From assembly GCA_963738405.1 (NCBI GenBank), contig CAVTWJ010000023.1, positions 192,001 to 256,000 of the forward strand: a DNA stretch of 64,000 nt, given 5' to 3'. Both the position numbers and the translations under genes were made by a program. The DNA is from a candidate division FCPU426 bacterium (GTDB taxonomy: Bacteria > Oederibacteriota > Muellerivitia > Muellerivitales > Muellerivitaceae). Positions 1-9,644 of the stretch are shown here, piece by piece; position 1 is the first letter of the stretch, and each line of letters begins with the position of its first letter. The notes under the pieces are model-generated. The model ran no database searches and was not told where the DNA came from. It was given only the letters and a program-made list of their open reading frames with translations.

Positions 1-362
1 TATGAATAGGCATGGGACCATGAGCCATAACCGCCAAAGGTGTTTGGGAGATGAAAAGATCAAAAAAAAGCCGATCCTGTTATTTATTTTTTTAAACGGA
101 CGGGGAATAAAAAGGAGTTGTCATCCGTAAAGAAAAGCTCACCCAATATCTAAGCTTTTACATTTTACCCTTACCCGGCCTGCTCAAAGATGATTTATCT
201 CTTCATAGCTTTATGGGCCGGGAGGGTTAGCCGCCGCTCAAATCCCATGTTTTTAAAGGGGATTCGCAGGTGTAGACGGGAAGGAAGCGGCTTTATTCCA
301 ATTTTTTCAGGTTTAAAAATGAAGAAAAAACGAAGAAAAAGAGGAGTTTAGAGGAGAAGGAA

Positions 363-764
363 TTAAGACTTTTTCATTCCAGGGGCCTTCCCAAACTGGG
401 CCGTAATGGTGGAATGCATGCCTCCACGGGTGTTAAAGACCCCTGTGACCCGGCACCATTTGGGTTTGGCGGCCGAGGTAAAGTCGCGGAGCATCCGATT
501 AACGGCGTTTTCGTAGAAAATGCCAATATTTCGGTAGGCCAAAATGTAATCCTTCAGGGATTTCAATTCCAGGACAAGTTTCACCGGTTCATATTCAAGA
601 ATAATGGTCCCGAAATCGGGCAGGCCTGTTTTGGGGCAGACGGCCGTGTATTCGGGTATCTCAATGCGGATGGTATAGGCGGGATACATATTGGGAAAGG
701 TTTCAATGGGAGGAAGCTTGGTCCCTATTCCCGACTTGGCGTGGCTTTCGTTATAGGACTTCAT
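363..764 (-). CDS. queF: NADPH-dependent 7-cyano-7-deazaguanine (preQ0) reductase
   Basis: EYTAVCPKTGLPDFG catalytic Cys/Asp motif, ELKSLK QueF motif, C-terminal RGGM; start moved to ATG 764 (MKSYNESH). Confidence 0.93.
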   Translation of the reverse strand: MKSYNESHAKSGIGTKLPPIETFPNMYPAYTIRIEIPEYTAVCPKTGLPDFGTIILEYEPVKLVLELKSLKDYILAYRNIGIFYENAVNRMLRDFTSAAKPKWCRVTGVFNTRGGMHSTITAQFGKAPGMKKS

Positions 765-1167
765 TTTCCCTCGCTTTTTTCGTTTCGGTTGAGGAGAACT
801 CAGGGCGGATCGTGTGGTCCGAAAAACCCACGATATTACCCCAGGGGTCGGAGACTTCAATGATCCATCCGGCCGGCATCTGGATCGGTTCGGTGGAAAC
901 AAGGTCTCTTAACCGAAGCCAACCCTTGGCTTCGTGGGCGTCTTCGACCTCCACAAAAAGCCGCGCGTGATGGGGCGATGACTTAACCGGGGAAAGGTTC
1001 TCTTTTTTCAAAACCAGGTTTTGGCGTCCCTCGCCAATGCCCATCACCACAACGCCCAAACCATCGATATGAAACTTGTACCGGAATCCCAGTTTTTCAT
1101 AAAAAACTTTCGCTTGATTCAAATCCCCGACAGGAAAAATCACATTGGTGATGCCAAGAATTTCCAC
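751..1167 (-). CDS. VOC/glyoxalase-like superfamily protein
   Basis: V-x-DL-x-x-A-x-x-FY-x-x-LG N-terminus, VEVED, and DPWGN-IV C-terminal motif; overlaps the queF start. Confidence 0.8.
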   Translation of the reverse strand: MEILGITNVIFPVGDLNQAKVFYEKLGFRYKFHIDGLGVVVMGIGEGRQNLVLKKENLSPVKSSPHHARLFVEVEDAHEAKGWLRLRDLVSTEPIQMPAGWIIEVSDPWGNIVGFSDHTIRPEFSSTETKKARENEVL

Positions 1168-1197
1168 GGGATCGCCCTTTAAGGAAAGGTTGCGTCT

Positions 1198-2274
1198 TTA
1201 ATTGACAAGATTGTAGAGAGTATCTCTTTGGTGCGGCTCAAAACCCATTTCGCTGATCAGGCGCCGCATTTCGTTAAGTTCCATCGTGTAGTGGGTGCCT
1301 GTGGAGGAAACCACATTTTCTTCCAACATGATGCTTCCTAAGTCGTTGGCCCCGTATTTGAGGCCCAGTTGACCGATCTTCTTTCCGGGCGTCACCCAGG
1401 AAGCCTGAAGATTGGGCAGGGTGTGGTTCAAGATGACCCGGCTTAAGGCCAAGGTTTTTAAATAATCCATCCCGCTGGCGCTTTTTAAGCCCAGCGCTTC
1501 ATTGCCCGGCTGGTAAAGCCAGGGGATAAATCCTAAAAATCCGCCCGTCTCTTCCTGCAGTTCCCTTACTCTAAAAACGTGCTCGATACGGTCCTCGATG
1601 GTTTCCACATGACCGAACATCATGGTAGCGGTGGAGCGCATGCCGATGGAATGCAGGTCGCGCATCACGCCCAGCCATTCTTCGGTGGAGGCCTTGAGAG
1701 GCGCGATTTCCTTGCGGACCCGATCCACCAAAATCTCGGCGCCGCCGCCAGGCATGGAATCCATGCCCGCTTTTCTGAATTCCTTGAGAATCTCAATAAC
1801 TGGCATGCCGAAAAGGCCTGAAAAATGGATGAGTTCGGGGGGCGAAAAGGAGTGCAGAGTGATATCCGGATGGGCCTGCTTCACTTTGGAAAGCATATTG
1901 ATATACCAATCCATCTTCAGATCGGGATGATGCCCGCCTTGGAGGAGAATCTGCGTAGCGCCCTTGGCCTTGGCCTCGGCGACCTTGTGGATGATCTTAT
2001 CCGCCTCGTTCACGTAGCCTTCGTTGGTATCCCCCGGTTCGCGGTAAAAAGCGCAAAACTTGCAGTAGGTTACGCAGACGTTGGTGTAATTGATGTTGCG
2101 GTCGATCAGGTAGGTGGCCATCTGGTCGCCCTTGGAGCGAGTTTTGAGCGTGTCAGCGAGCGCCCCCAGGTCGTTGAGCGGCGAACCTTGAAAAAGCTCC
2201 AAAGCCTCTTCCCGATTCACCACATGCCCATCGAGAATTTTTTCTTGTAATGTTTCAACCGATACAAGCGCCAT
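1198..2274 (-). CDS. mqnC: cyclic dehypoxanthine futalosine synthase (radical SAM)
   Basis: DRNINYTNVCVTYCKFC, PGGGAEIL, ANDLGSIMLEENVV; located in mqn cluster. Confidence 0.9.
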   Translation of the reverse strand: MALVSVETLQEKILDGHVVNREEALELFQGSPLNDLGALADTLKTRSKGDQMATYLIDRNINYTNVCVTYCKFCAFYREPGDTNEGYVNEADKIIHKVAEAKAKGATQILLQGGHHPDLKMDWYINMLSKVKQAHPDITLHSFSPPELIHFSGLFGMPVIEILKEFRKAGMDSMPGGGAEILVDRVRKEIAPLKASTEEWLGVMRDLHSIGMRSTATMMFGHVETIEDRIEHVFRVRELQEETGGFLGFIPWLYQPGNEALGLKSASGMDYLKTLALSRVILNHTLPNLQASWVTPGKKIGQLGLKYGANDLGSIMLEENVVSSTGTHYTMELNEMRRLISEMGFEPHQRDTLYNLVN

Positions 2275-2290
2275 AGCGACCCTCTTTGAA

Positions 2291-3235
2291 TTAAAAAATC
2301 AGTCCTTCTTCTTTCAAGAGCTTCTGGAATTCGTTCTGGCCTTTGACTTCCTCGGGCCCATATTCGTAGCGGATGTTCTTTTCGAGATATTCCTTGGACA
2401 GGTTCCGGCGAAACACCCAGATGCCCGGATATCCATCGGCGATTTCTTGGTAATGCTTCACACCCTCGTTTCGGCAGGCCAAGAGATCATGCTCGATTTC
2501 CCGGGCGACGGGAACCGAAGCCGTCATCCAAACCGCGAAAACAAAAGGCTTTTGGGTGCGTAAAAACCACTCTTCTCCCAGGTCGGTAACGGTCATACCC
2601 GAAGGGGCCGATTCCAGGGCGATATCGCCGAATTGAAGCACTACTTCCCAGGGTTTGACCTGGTTGGGATGGAATTGTTCCATGTCAACCGGCACCACAT
2701 TCAGTCCCTTGACCCCGTACCATTTTTTCAGGATCAGCCGGGCAAGTAGAACCGAGGTTTCAGAACGGTTGTCCACGAATAGGCATTGGGCCTCGGGCAA
2801 AGGATTATAGGATAGCAACCGCACGCTTTTTACCGGTCCCTTACAGCCCACCGCGGCAATAGGAACAATCTGGAGGCTAGGGTCTTTGATATAGGCGGCG
2901 ATGGGGGCGATGGCCACATCCAACTGGCCCTCTTTTAACATCTTCGCCATTTGATTCGGCGCCACTTCGATGACTTTGTGGTGCTTAGTCATGTCCCAGG
3001 TCAAGGGTTGAACATTGAGAAAATGGTAAACCCCGATCCGCATGGGTTTTGATGTGAACTTGACCGGCTCAGCGGGTTTGGGAGCGGGAACCGCAATGGC
3101 TGGCTTGTCCCCCGCAGCAGGAGCGGAGGGGGAAGCGGCAACCGGAGCGGCCGCAACCGCAGGAGCCGGAGTTGCGGCAGGTGCGGGGGTAGTAACAGGC
3201 GCGGCTGGCATTGGATTCGCTGGTGTCTCGCTCAT
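2291..3235 (-). CDS. mqnA: chorismate dehydratase MqnA with Pro/Ala-rich N-terminal extension
   Basis: FLNVQPL, GPVKSV, SETSVLL, DLGEEW...PFVFAVW motifs of the MqnA/MqnD family, MqnA-type; between mqnE and mqnC. Confidence 0.85.
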   Translation of the reverse strand: MSETPANPMPAAPVTTPAPAATPAPAVAAAPVAASPSAPAAGDKPAIAVPAPKPAEPVKFTSKPMRIGVYHFLNVQPLTWDMTKHHKVIEVAPNQMAKMLKEGQLDVAIAPIAAYIKDPSLQIVPIAAVGCKGPVKSVRLLSYNPLPEAQCLFVDNRSETSVLLARLILKKWYGVKGLNVVPVDMEQFHPNQVKPWEVVLQFGDIALESAPSGMTVTDLGEEWFLRTQKPFVFAVWMTASVPVAREIEHDLLACRNEGVKHYQEIADGYPGIWVFRRNLSKEYLEKNIRYEYGPEEVKGQNEFQKLLKEEGLIF

Positions 3236-3281
3236 GGTTCTTCCTTAATAATGGAAAATATCCGACTTCAAAGCTAAACCC

Positions 3282-4406
3282 TCACCCAACATTTGCGGTA
3301 ACGGTTTGGGGTTTTAATTCTTTATAAAGCGTGTCCCGCTCCACGGGGATGCGTCCCGCCTCGCGGATCAAGTTTCTCAACTGCTGGTCGGTCATGACCT
3401 CCGGGGTCTCGGACCCCGCCATATGGTAAATCTTTTCTTCAATCACCGTGCCGTCTATATCATCCACCCCGTAACCCAATGCCAATTGGGCCAGTCTCGC
3501 ACCCAAAGTAATCCAGTAGGCTTTGATATGGGGAAAGTTATCCAAGTAAACCCGGCCCACGGCCAGGGTCTTTAAGTCTTCCATGCCGCTGGGGCGGGCA
3601 AAATGGTCCATGGCAGTGTGGTCCGGGTGAAAGGCCAGGGGAATAAAAGTTTGGAAGCCGCCTGTCTCGTCTTGTAATTCCCTCAACCGCCGCATGTGGT
3701 CCACCCGGTGGTGGTATTTCTCAATGTGACCGAAAAGCATGGTGGCGTTGGTTCGTAATCCCAGTTGATGGGCGGTACGGTGAATTTCGATCCATTGATC
3801 GGCGTCGGCCTTGCCGGGGCAGATCTGTTCCCTCACTTCGGGATGGAAAATCTCGGCTCCCCCGCCGGGCATGGAATCAAGCCCCGCCTCTTTAAGGGTG
3901 GAAAGAATCTCCCGATAACTCATGTTGAACTTGTTGGCGAAAAAGTCGATCTCCACCGCGGTAAAGCATTTCAAATGGACCGAGGGCACCTCTTTTTTCA
4001 GTATGCGAAGCATGGTCAGGTACCAGTTCAGGTCGTACTGCGGATGAAGGCCGCCGACAATATGAAGCTCGGTGATATGTTCTTTTTCGAAAGCCTCTTT
4101 GGCCTTTTCCAGGATCTGCTGGTGGGTGAACTCGAAAGCCCCTTCTTCCCCCTCAAACCGGGAAAAAGCGCAGAATTTGCAGGTCGTGGCGCAAACATTG
4201 GTGTAATCGATGTGCCGGTTGATGTTGTAGTAGGTGAAATTGCCGTTTTTGCGCTCACGAACCAGGTTGCCCATGGCGCCCAATATATAGAGATCGTTAG
4301 TTTCAAAAAGCCTCAGGGCGTCCGCTTCAGTTAAGCGGGTTTCGGACTCGACCTTTTCATATAAGTCTTTAATTGGAGAATGCTGTAGGCGGTATTTCAG
4401 AACCAC
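3282..4406 (-). CDS. mqnE: aminofutalosine synthase (radical SAM)
   Basis: NRHIDYTNVCATTCKFC, ELHIVGGLHP, HIKAYW, DDIDGTVIEEKIYHMAG; probable GTG start at 4406 with GGGAG upstream. Confidence 0.9.
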   Translation of the reverse strand: MVLKYRLQHSPIKDLYEKVESETRLTEADALRLFETNDLYILGAMGNLVRERKNGNFTYYNINRHIDYTNVCATTCKFCAFSRFEGEEGAFEFTHQQILEKAKEAFEKEHITELHIVGGLHPQYDLNWYLTMLRILKKEVPSVHLKCFTAVEIDFFANKFNMSYREILSTLKEAGLDSMPGGGAEIFHPEVREQICPGKADADQWIEIHRTAHQLGLRTNATMLFGHIEKYHHRVDHMRRLRELQDETGGFQTFIPLAFHPDHTAMDHFARPSGMEDLKTLAVGRVYLDNFPHIKAYWITLGARLAQLALGYGVDDIDGTVIEEKIYHMAGSETPEVMTDQQLRNLIREAGRIPVERDTLYKELKPQTVTANVG

Positions 4407-5266
4407 AAGGTCGCTCCCACAACCAGAAAGTAAAGAACAGCGATCCAACCGTTATAACCCATCATGGCGGGAGAAAGGCTAAATTGCGTGTCCCCGCCCT
4501 TCTTCTCAAACCGATAGGCCAAACGGTGCTGGATCAGAAGAATCAGTCCCACCAGGGCCACCCCCCCGTAATAAAGCGGGGAAAAACCTTCTTGAGCCCC
4601 GAAACCAGCGAGGAATCCTAACATAAGGGTATGGAACAATCGAGAGGCCAAAAGGCTCTTGGAAATACCCCACCGTACCACCCAAGAATGAAGTCCTTCC
4701 TGCTTGTCGAAGGAATAATCCTGCGTGGCGTAAAGAATATCGAATCCCGCCAAAAAACATATCACCGCGCCCATCAGCCAAAGGGGCTGGGTTTGGAATT
4801 GCCCGGTGGCCGCAATCCAGGCCCCCACGGGAGCCACGCCAAGGGCGATCCCCAGAAAGATATGGGAGGTCCAGGTAAAGCGCTTCGTATGGGAGTAAAA
4901 ATAAATAATGGCCAGAGCCAAGGGAGAAAGTTTGAAGGCCAGAGGATTGATGAAGTAGGTGGTTCCCACAAGCCCAAAGGCTGTCAACACGACGATGAGG
5001 CGCACCTGCCAGGTCTTGATCCTTCCCGTCGGCAGATCCCTGTTTTGGGTACGGGGGTTCTTGGCGTCTACATCGGCGTCCACCAGACGGTTATAGGCCA
5101 TGGCCGAGGTCCGGGCCAAAACCATACAAAGAACAACCAGCAAAAGAATTCTGATAGGAGGATGGCCATTAGTCGCCGTCAGCAAGCTCGCGAGGGCGAA
5201 GGGCAGGGCGAAAACGGAGTGGGGCAAAACAACCAGGTTGCTAAATGTTTTTAATTTCTCGAACAT
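4397..5266 (-). CDS. ubiA: UbiA-family prenyltransferase (MqnP-like)
   Basis: HSVFALPFA, NRLVDADVDAKNPRT, GFDILYATQD, multiple TM segments; start moved to ATG 5266 (MFEKLKTF). Confidence 0.88.
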   Translation of the reverse strand: MFEKLKTFSNLVVLPHSVFALPFALASLLTATNGHPPIRILLLVVLCMVLARTSAMAYNRLVDADVDAKNPRTQNRDLPTGRIKTWQVRLIVVLTAFGLVGTTYFINPLAFKLSPLALAIIYFYSHTKRFTWTSHIFLGIALGVAPVGAWIAATGQFQTQPLWLMGAVICFLAGFDILYATQDYSFDKQEGLHSWVVRWGISKSLLASRLFHTLMLGFLAGFGAQEGFSPLYYGGVALVGLILLIQHRLAYRFEKKGGDTQFSLSPAMMGYNGWIAVLYFLVVGATLWF

Positions 5267-5315
5267 TTTTCTCGTTTGAAATCGGAAATCAGAAGGAGCC
5301 CTTAGAACTTCATTT

Positions 5316-5891
5316 CTATTCGTTGCCTTTAACTGATGTTTGTTCTTCGACCCGCCACCGTTTAGAGACTTCCGCCTGAACCCCCGCATGGTCGTAAACC
5401 CGGGCGATAACCGTATCCACCAAATCTTCGATGGTTTTGGGATTGCCGTAAAAGCTGGGCGTCGCCGGGATGACATGTGCTCCCGCCAGAGTTAAAAGTT
5501 CCATGTTTTTAATTTGGATAAGAGACAAAGGAGTTTCCCGGGGTACCAGAATAAGTGTGCGTCTTTCTTTTAAAAACACTTCCCCGGAACGGGTGATCAG
5601 GTTATCGGCGATGCCGTGGGCCAGCTTGCCTAACGTGGTGGTCGAGCAGGGGATAACCACCATCGCCTCGAATTTGTTGGAACCGCTGGCGGATGGAGCC
5701 GTCAGGTCCTTCTCGTCCCATTCTTTGACATGGGGAGGAAGGTTGAGCCCCCCTTCATGGGAAGCCACCAGCCGGGCGGATTCAGAAACCACCGCGTGCA
5801 CTTCCCAATCGTCATAAGGAAAGTGCTGAAAAAACCTTCGGGCATAGATGCTTCCCGAGGCCCCCGTCACTGCCACCAGAATTTTTTTCAT
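5316..5891 (-). CDS. ubiX: flavin prenyltransferase UbiX
   Basis: AVTGASG, ASGS, PCS, LKERRTLILVPRETP, PSFY. Confidence 0.93.
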   Translation of the reverse strand: MKKILVAVTGASGSIYARRFFQHFPYDDWEVHAVVSESARLVASHEGGLNLPPHVKEWDEKDLTAPSASGSNKFEAMVVIPCSTTTLGKLAHGIADNLITRSGEVFLKERRTLILVPRETPLSLIQIKNMELLTLAGAHVIPATPSFYGNPKTIEDLVDTVIARVYDHAGVQAEVSKRWRVEEQTSVKGNE

Positions 5892-5916
5892 GATTCCCTC
5901 GAATGAACGAAAACCC

Positions 5917-6606
5917 TTATTTGCGAATCCCCAAAACGCTTACGGCGATACCCATAGTCTTAACCTCGGCGGAAACGTCTTTAAACCCATTTTTTTCCAT
6001 CAGCGCCCTGAATTCGTCCAAAGAGACGAAATTCTTGGCTGATTGCTGAAGGTATTCATAGGCATCCTTGTTTTTGGAAACCGCCCCGCCGCACATGGGA
6101 ACAATGGTGCTGACATAAAATGCGTAGGCCAGTTTCGCTAAAAACCCCGTCGGTTTGAAGAATTCAAGAATGACAGCCCGCCCGCCCGGTTTCAATACCC
6201 GGGCGATTTCCTTCAATCCCGCTTCCAGTGAATCCAAGTTCCTCACCCCAAACCCGCACACAATCGCGTCAAAGCTGTAGTCCTGGAAGGGGAGCTTCAG
6301 GGCGTCGGCCTGGAGGAGATTCACCCCCTCCTTCCCCTTCGCCTTGTCTTGGGCCAGTTTGAGCATAGGCTTGGCGAAATCAGCCATTAAAACATGGGCT
6401 CCGGGGGCCTGCACTTTCACTTCCAAAGCGAAATCTCCCGTGCCAGCGCAAAGGTCCAGCACCCTTGAGGGTTTGAAACCGTCTTTCAACAGCTGTTTCA
6501 CGGCATCCTTGCGCCATTGAATGTCTTTATTAAATGACAAGGCATGGTTGGCCTGGTCATAGGTCGGCGCGATATTGGAAAACATGGTTTGGATCTTAAC
6601 GCTCAC
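5917..6606 (-). CDS. ubiE: demethylmenaquinone methyltransferase (UbiE/MenG)
   Basis: MFSNIAPTYD, VLDLCAGTGD SAM motif, FGVRN, RVLKPGG; probable GTG start at 6606. Confidence 0.9.
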   Translation of the reverse strand: MSVKIQTMFSNIAPTYDQANHALSFNKDIQWRKDAVKQLLKDGFKPSRVLDLCAGTGDFALEVKVQAPGAHVLMADFAKPMLKLAQDKAKGKEGVNLLQADALKLPFQDYSFDAIVCGFGVRNLDSLEAGLKEIARVLKPGGRAVILEFFKPTGFLAKLAYAFYVSTIVPMCGGAVSKNKDAYEYLQQSAKNFVSLDEFRALMEKNGFKDVSAEVKTMGIAVSVLGIRK

Positions 6607-6655
6607 TTGGAACCCCGATTCATTATTTAAGATTAAGGCGTAAAACGAGACCCGT

Positions 6656-6750
6656 TTTACCACCAAGACACCAAGACACCAAGACCGCAAGATAGAAAAC
6701 CAAAACTAAACCAAAGGTTTACTTGGTGTCTTTGTGCCTTGGTGGTGAAA
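6656..6750. repeat. intergenic REP-like palindrome built of 8-nt CACCAAGA units
   Basis: Left arm TTTACCACCAAGACACCAAGACACCAAG; right arm CTTGGTGTCTTTGTGCCTTGGTGGTGAAA is its imperfect reverse complement. Confidence 0.8.
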
Positions 6751-6756
6751 ATCTTT

Positions 6757-8211
6757 TTACTCTTTAATCAACCCGTACTTTTTCAACAAGGGCAAGACTT
6801 TCTTTTCAACTTCCGGGTCCATCCATAACTCATCGGGCCATTCCCGATTGAACCCTTCCTCTTTCCATTTTCTCGTGGCATCGATTCCCATCTTGCCGCC
6901 CCAGCCCCACTGGGGCGAGTTATGGTCCAGAACATCCAAAGGCCCTTCCCCAATCACCACGTCTCTTTTGGGATCAAAGCAATTCCCTACCCGCCACAAG
7001 ACCTGGCTGTAATCATGCACATTGGTGTCATCATCCACGATCACCAAAATCTTCGTCAGCATCATTTGGCCCAGCCCCCAAAGGGCGTTCATCACCTTTC
7101 GGGCGTGCATGGGATACTGTTTTTTGATGGAGACAATGGCCAGGTTGTGAAAGATGCCCTCGAAAGGCAGGTCCATATCCACCACCTCAGAAACGATTTT
7201 CTGGAGGATGGGAAGAAAAAGTCTTTCCGTGGCCTTGCCCAAATAGTCATCTTCCATCGGAGGCTTTCCCACGATCGTGGCGGGATAGACGGGGTTCTTG
7301 CGGTGTGTGATAGCGGTGACATGGAATACCGGATAGGGTTCGGCCAAGCTGTAATAACCCGTGTGGTCGCCGAAGGGTCCCTCGATCCTTCTTTCGCCCG
7401 GCTCCACATAACCCTCCAGCACAAAATCAGCGTCGGCATTCACCCAAAGGTCCACCGTCTTGCATTTCACCAGCTCCACCGGTTTGCCCCTTAGGAATCC
7501 CGCGAACAAAAGCTCATCCACGCCGTCGGGTAATGGCGCCGTGGCCGAATAGGTCAGGGCCGGGTCTCCCCCCAGGGCTACCGCTACTTCCAGCCGTTTT
7601 CCCAATTTCTCGGCCGTTCGGTGGTGGGCCGCCCCATGGTGGTGCACCTGCCAATGCATTCCGGTGGTTTTGGAACCGTAAATTTGGATGCGGTACATGC
7701 CGATGTTTCGCGAGCCCGTTTCCGGGTCTTGTGTATAGACCAAGGGCAGAGTAATAAACCGCCCGCCATCCTGTGGCCAGCATTTAAGAACCGGGAGCGT
7801 GTTTAAATCCGGTTCCTTTTCAACCACTTCCTGGCAGGCGCCCTTGGAAACCTCCACCGGGGGAAACTTGGCGAGATCCGCCAGTTTGGGAAGCAGTTTC
7901 ATTTTCTCGACAAAGCCCTTGGGGGGCTTCAAGTCCATCAGTTCCCGGATAGCCTGGGCCTTTTCTTCCAAATCTTCGACCCCCAAAGCCAGACTCATGC
8001 GCTTATAGGATCCGAAAGCGTTGATGAGAAGGGGATAGGGACTACCCTTGGGTTTTTCAAAAAGCAGGGCCTTCCCCCCGCCGGGGGATTTGGAAACCTT
8101 GTCGGTCAAGGCGGTGATTTCCAAGACCGGGTCCACTTCCTCTTGTATGCGGACCAGTTCCCCGCGCTTTTCGAGGAACTCGATGAATTCAGTTAAGGAA
8201 GAATAGGCCAT
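6757..8211 (-). CDS. ubiD: UbiD-family menaquinone biosynthesis decarboxylase
   Basis: WPQDGGRFITLP, NIGMYR, EGPFGDHTGYY, GKPPMED, KMGIDATRK. Confidence 0.93.
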   Translation of the reverse strand: MAYSSLTEFIEFLEKRGELVRIQEEVDPVLEITALTDKVSKSPGGGKALLFEKPKGSPYPLLINAFGSYKRMSLALGVEDLEEKAQAIRELMDLKPPKGFVEKMKLLPKLADLAKFPPVEVSKGACQEVVEKEPDLNTLPVLKCWPQDGGRFITLPLVYTQDPETGSRNIGMYRIQIYGSKTTGMHWQVHHHGAAHHRTAEKLGKRLEVAVALGGDPALTYSATAPLPDGVDELLFAGFLRGKPVELVKCKTVDLWVNADADFVLEGYVEPGERRIEGPFGDHTGYYSLAEPYPVFHVTAITHRKNPVYPATIVGKPPMEDDYLGKATERLFLPILQKIVSEVVDMDLPFEGIFHNLAIVSIKKQYPMHARKVMNALWGLGQMMLTKILVIVDDDTNVHDYSQVLWRVGNCFDPKRDVVIGEGPLDVLDHNSPQWGWGGKMGIDATRKWKEEGFNREWPDELWMDPEVEKKVLPLLKKYGLIKE

Positions 8212-8256
8212 TAGTTTCCCCGGATGATTCGATTTGAACCGGCAAGACCCGACATT

Positions 8257-8853
8257 TTACGCTGTTGGAAGGGGTGGCTCAACCTTCGCTTTGAGTTGCC
8301 GGGAAATGAGATAAGCGCCTAAACAAAGTACGATTCCACCAACCGCCGGGGCCCAAAGCGCCTTCAAGGTCGGCTGTAAAAATAGGTTAAAAAGGGCGGT
8401 GTAGCTCGCCCCCCATCCGCAAGCCATCCAGAAACGGGCGGCCTTTTCACCGGCGCTGGCCGCCATGAACCCCGTGAAATAAGCCGCCATGGTGAACCCC
8501 ACCCCAAATAGGTGTAGATAGGCCATGTGTTTGATGAACATTTCGGCCTTGTCCCCCAAGTTCGAGACGATAGCCAGCCAAACGAAACACCAAAGCACCA
8601 GCCAAAAGACGGTCAAAAGGGCCGCCCCATGGGACACCATCCACAATCCCTGCCCCCCCTTATCCCAAGATCGAAAAGAAAGAAAAATCGCCGCCAATCC
8701 CAAAAGGACTGGAAACCCAAAAAGAATCGAGACGCTCATCCAGTTATCGGGATGCTGCTGAAGCGAGCTGGCCATGGGTTCTTCCCCAGCCGCCAAAAGG
8801 GTGAGGATCAACCCCGCCGCGCCAATTCGAAATAGCCATATAGGAAACTTCAT
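8257..8853 (-). CDS. hypothetical multi-pass membrane protein
   Basis: About six hydrophobic segments; start overlaps the truA stop (ATGA). Confidence 0.65.
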   Translation of the reverse strand: MKFPIWLFRIGAAGLILTLLAAGEEPMASSLQQHPDNWMSVSILFGFPVLLGLAAIFLSFRSWDKGGQGLWMVSHGAALLTVFWLVLWCFVWLAIVSNLGDKAEMFIKHMAYLHLFGVGFTMAAYFTGFMAASAGEKAARFWMACGWGASYTALFNLFLQPTLKALWAPAVGGIVLCLGAYLISRQLKAKVEPPLPTA

Positions 8854-9644
8854 TCCTCATCCTCCTGCTTAGGCTTCTTGAGCCGAACCGGTGGAAAGGT
8901 TTTGGGGTAATCCACCCTCATCAAAAAAAGACCGGTCGGGGGCAAGGTGGGCCCTGCCTTCTTGCGGTCTTTGGATTTTAAGATGGAGGGTATTTGTTCG
9001 GGCTTGAGTTTGCCCGTTCCCACGTTAACCAGGGTGCCGGTCAAGATGCGGATCATCTGGTGGAGGAAGGAAACCCCAAAATAGTCAAACTGAATGTCTT
9101 TTCCCTTTCGGGTAATGGCGATTTTATAAAGCGTCCTTTGCGGATTCGCCCATTTGCCCAGGGTTCCACGAAAAGCGGTAAAGTCGTGGGTTCCTTCCAA
9201 ATGTTTAGCCGCCCGTTTCATGGCCTTCAAATCCAAGGGCTTACGGAATAGCAGATAGGTGTTACGGTCAAAGACCGTGTAGTCCGGGCTATTGCGGATG
9301 ATGTACCGATAGAGCTTGGCCTTGGCGTGATAGGTGGCATGGAAGGCCGCCGGAACTTCTTTTATATCGGCGATGCGAATGTCATGGGAAAGAAGGTAGT
9401 TCACCACTTCTTTCAGGCGGGTAGCGGGCATGGGGGAGGTCGTGCGGAAATTAGCGGTTTGGCCCAGGGCGTGAACGCCCGAATCGGTGCGGCCCGCCAC
9501 CAGGAGTTCCACCTTATGGCCGCAGACAAAACCTATTTTTTCCTCAAGGGTTCCCTGGACCGTGGGAGAGGAGCGCTGTTTTTGCCATCCGGCGTAGGCG
9601 GTTCCGTCGTACTCCAACGTCAAACGCAGGTTGCGTTCTTTCAA
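8850..9644 (-). CDS. truA: tRNA pseudouridine(38-40) synthase
   Basis: EYDGTAYAGWQ, AGRTDSGVHALGQ, GTHDFTAF, FLHQMIRIL; TTG start at 9644 overlapping the upstream TGA. Confidence 0.95.
   Translation of the reverse strand: MKERNLRLTLEYDGTAYAGWQKQRSSPTVQGTLEEKIGFVCGHKVELLVAGRTDSGVHALGQTANFRTTSPMPATRLKEVVNYLLSHDIRIADIKEVPAAFHATYHAKAKLYRYIIRNSPDYTVFDRNTYLLFRKPLDLKAMKRAAKHLEGTHDFTAFRGTLGKWANPQRTLYKIAITRKGKDIQFDYFGVSFLHQMIRILTGTLVNVGTGKLKPEQIPSILKSKDRKKAGPTLPPTGLFLMRVDYPKTFPPVRLKKPKQEDEE

Noticed and set aside
1..120. Open minus-strand frame running off the left edge (..FKKINNRIGFFLIFSS..LWLMVPCLFI)
   Set aside because: Could be a signal peptide start, but there is no clear start codon with SD and too little sequence to call
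765..1197. preQ1 riboswitch upstream of queF
   Set aside because: The queF start lies inside the VOC gene; no free leader or preQ1 motif seen
5278..5294. 7-nt tandem GAAATCG/GAAATCA between ubiX and ubiA
   Set aside because: Only about two units and no inverted partner arm
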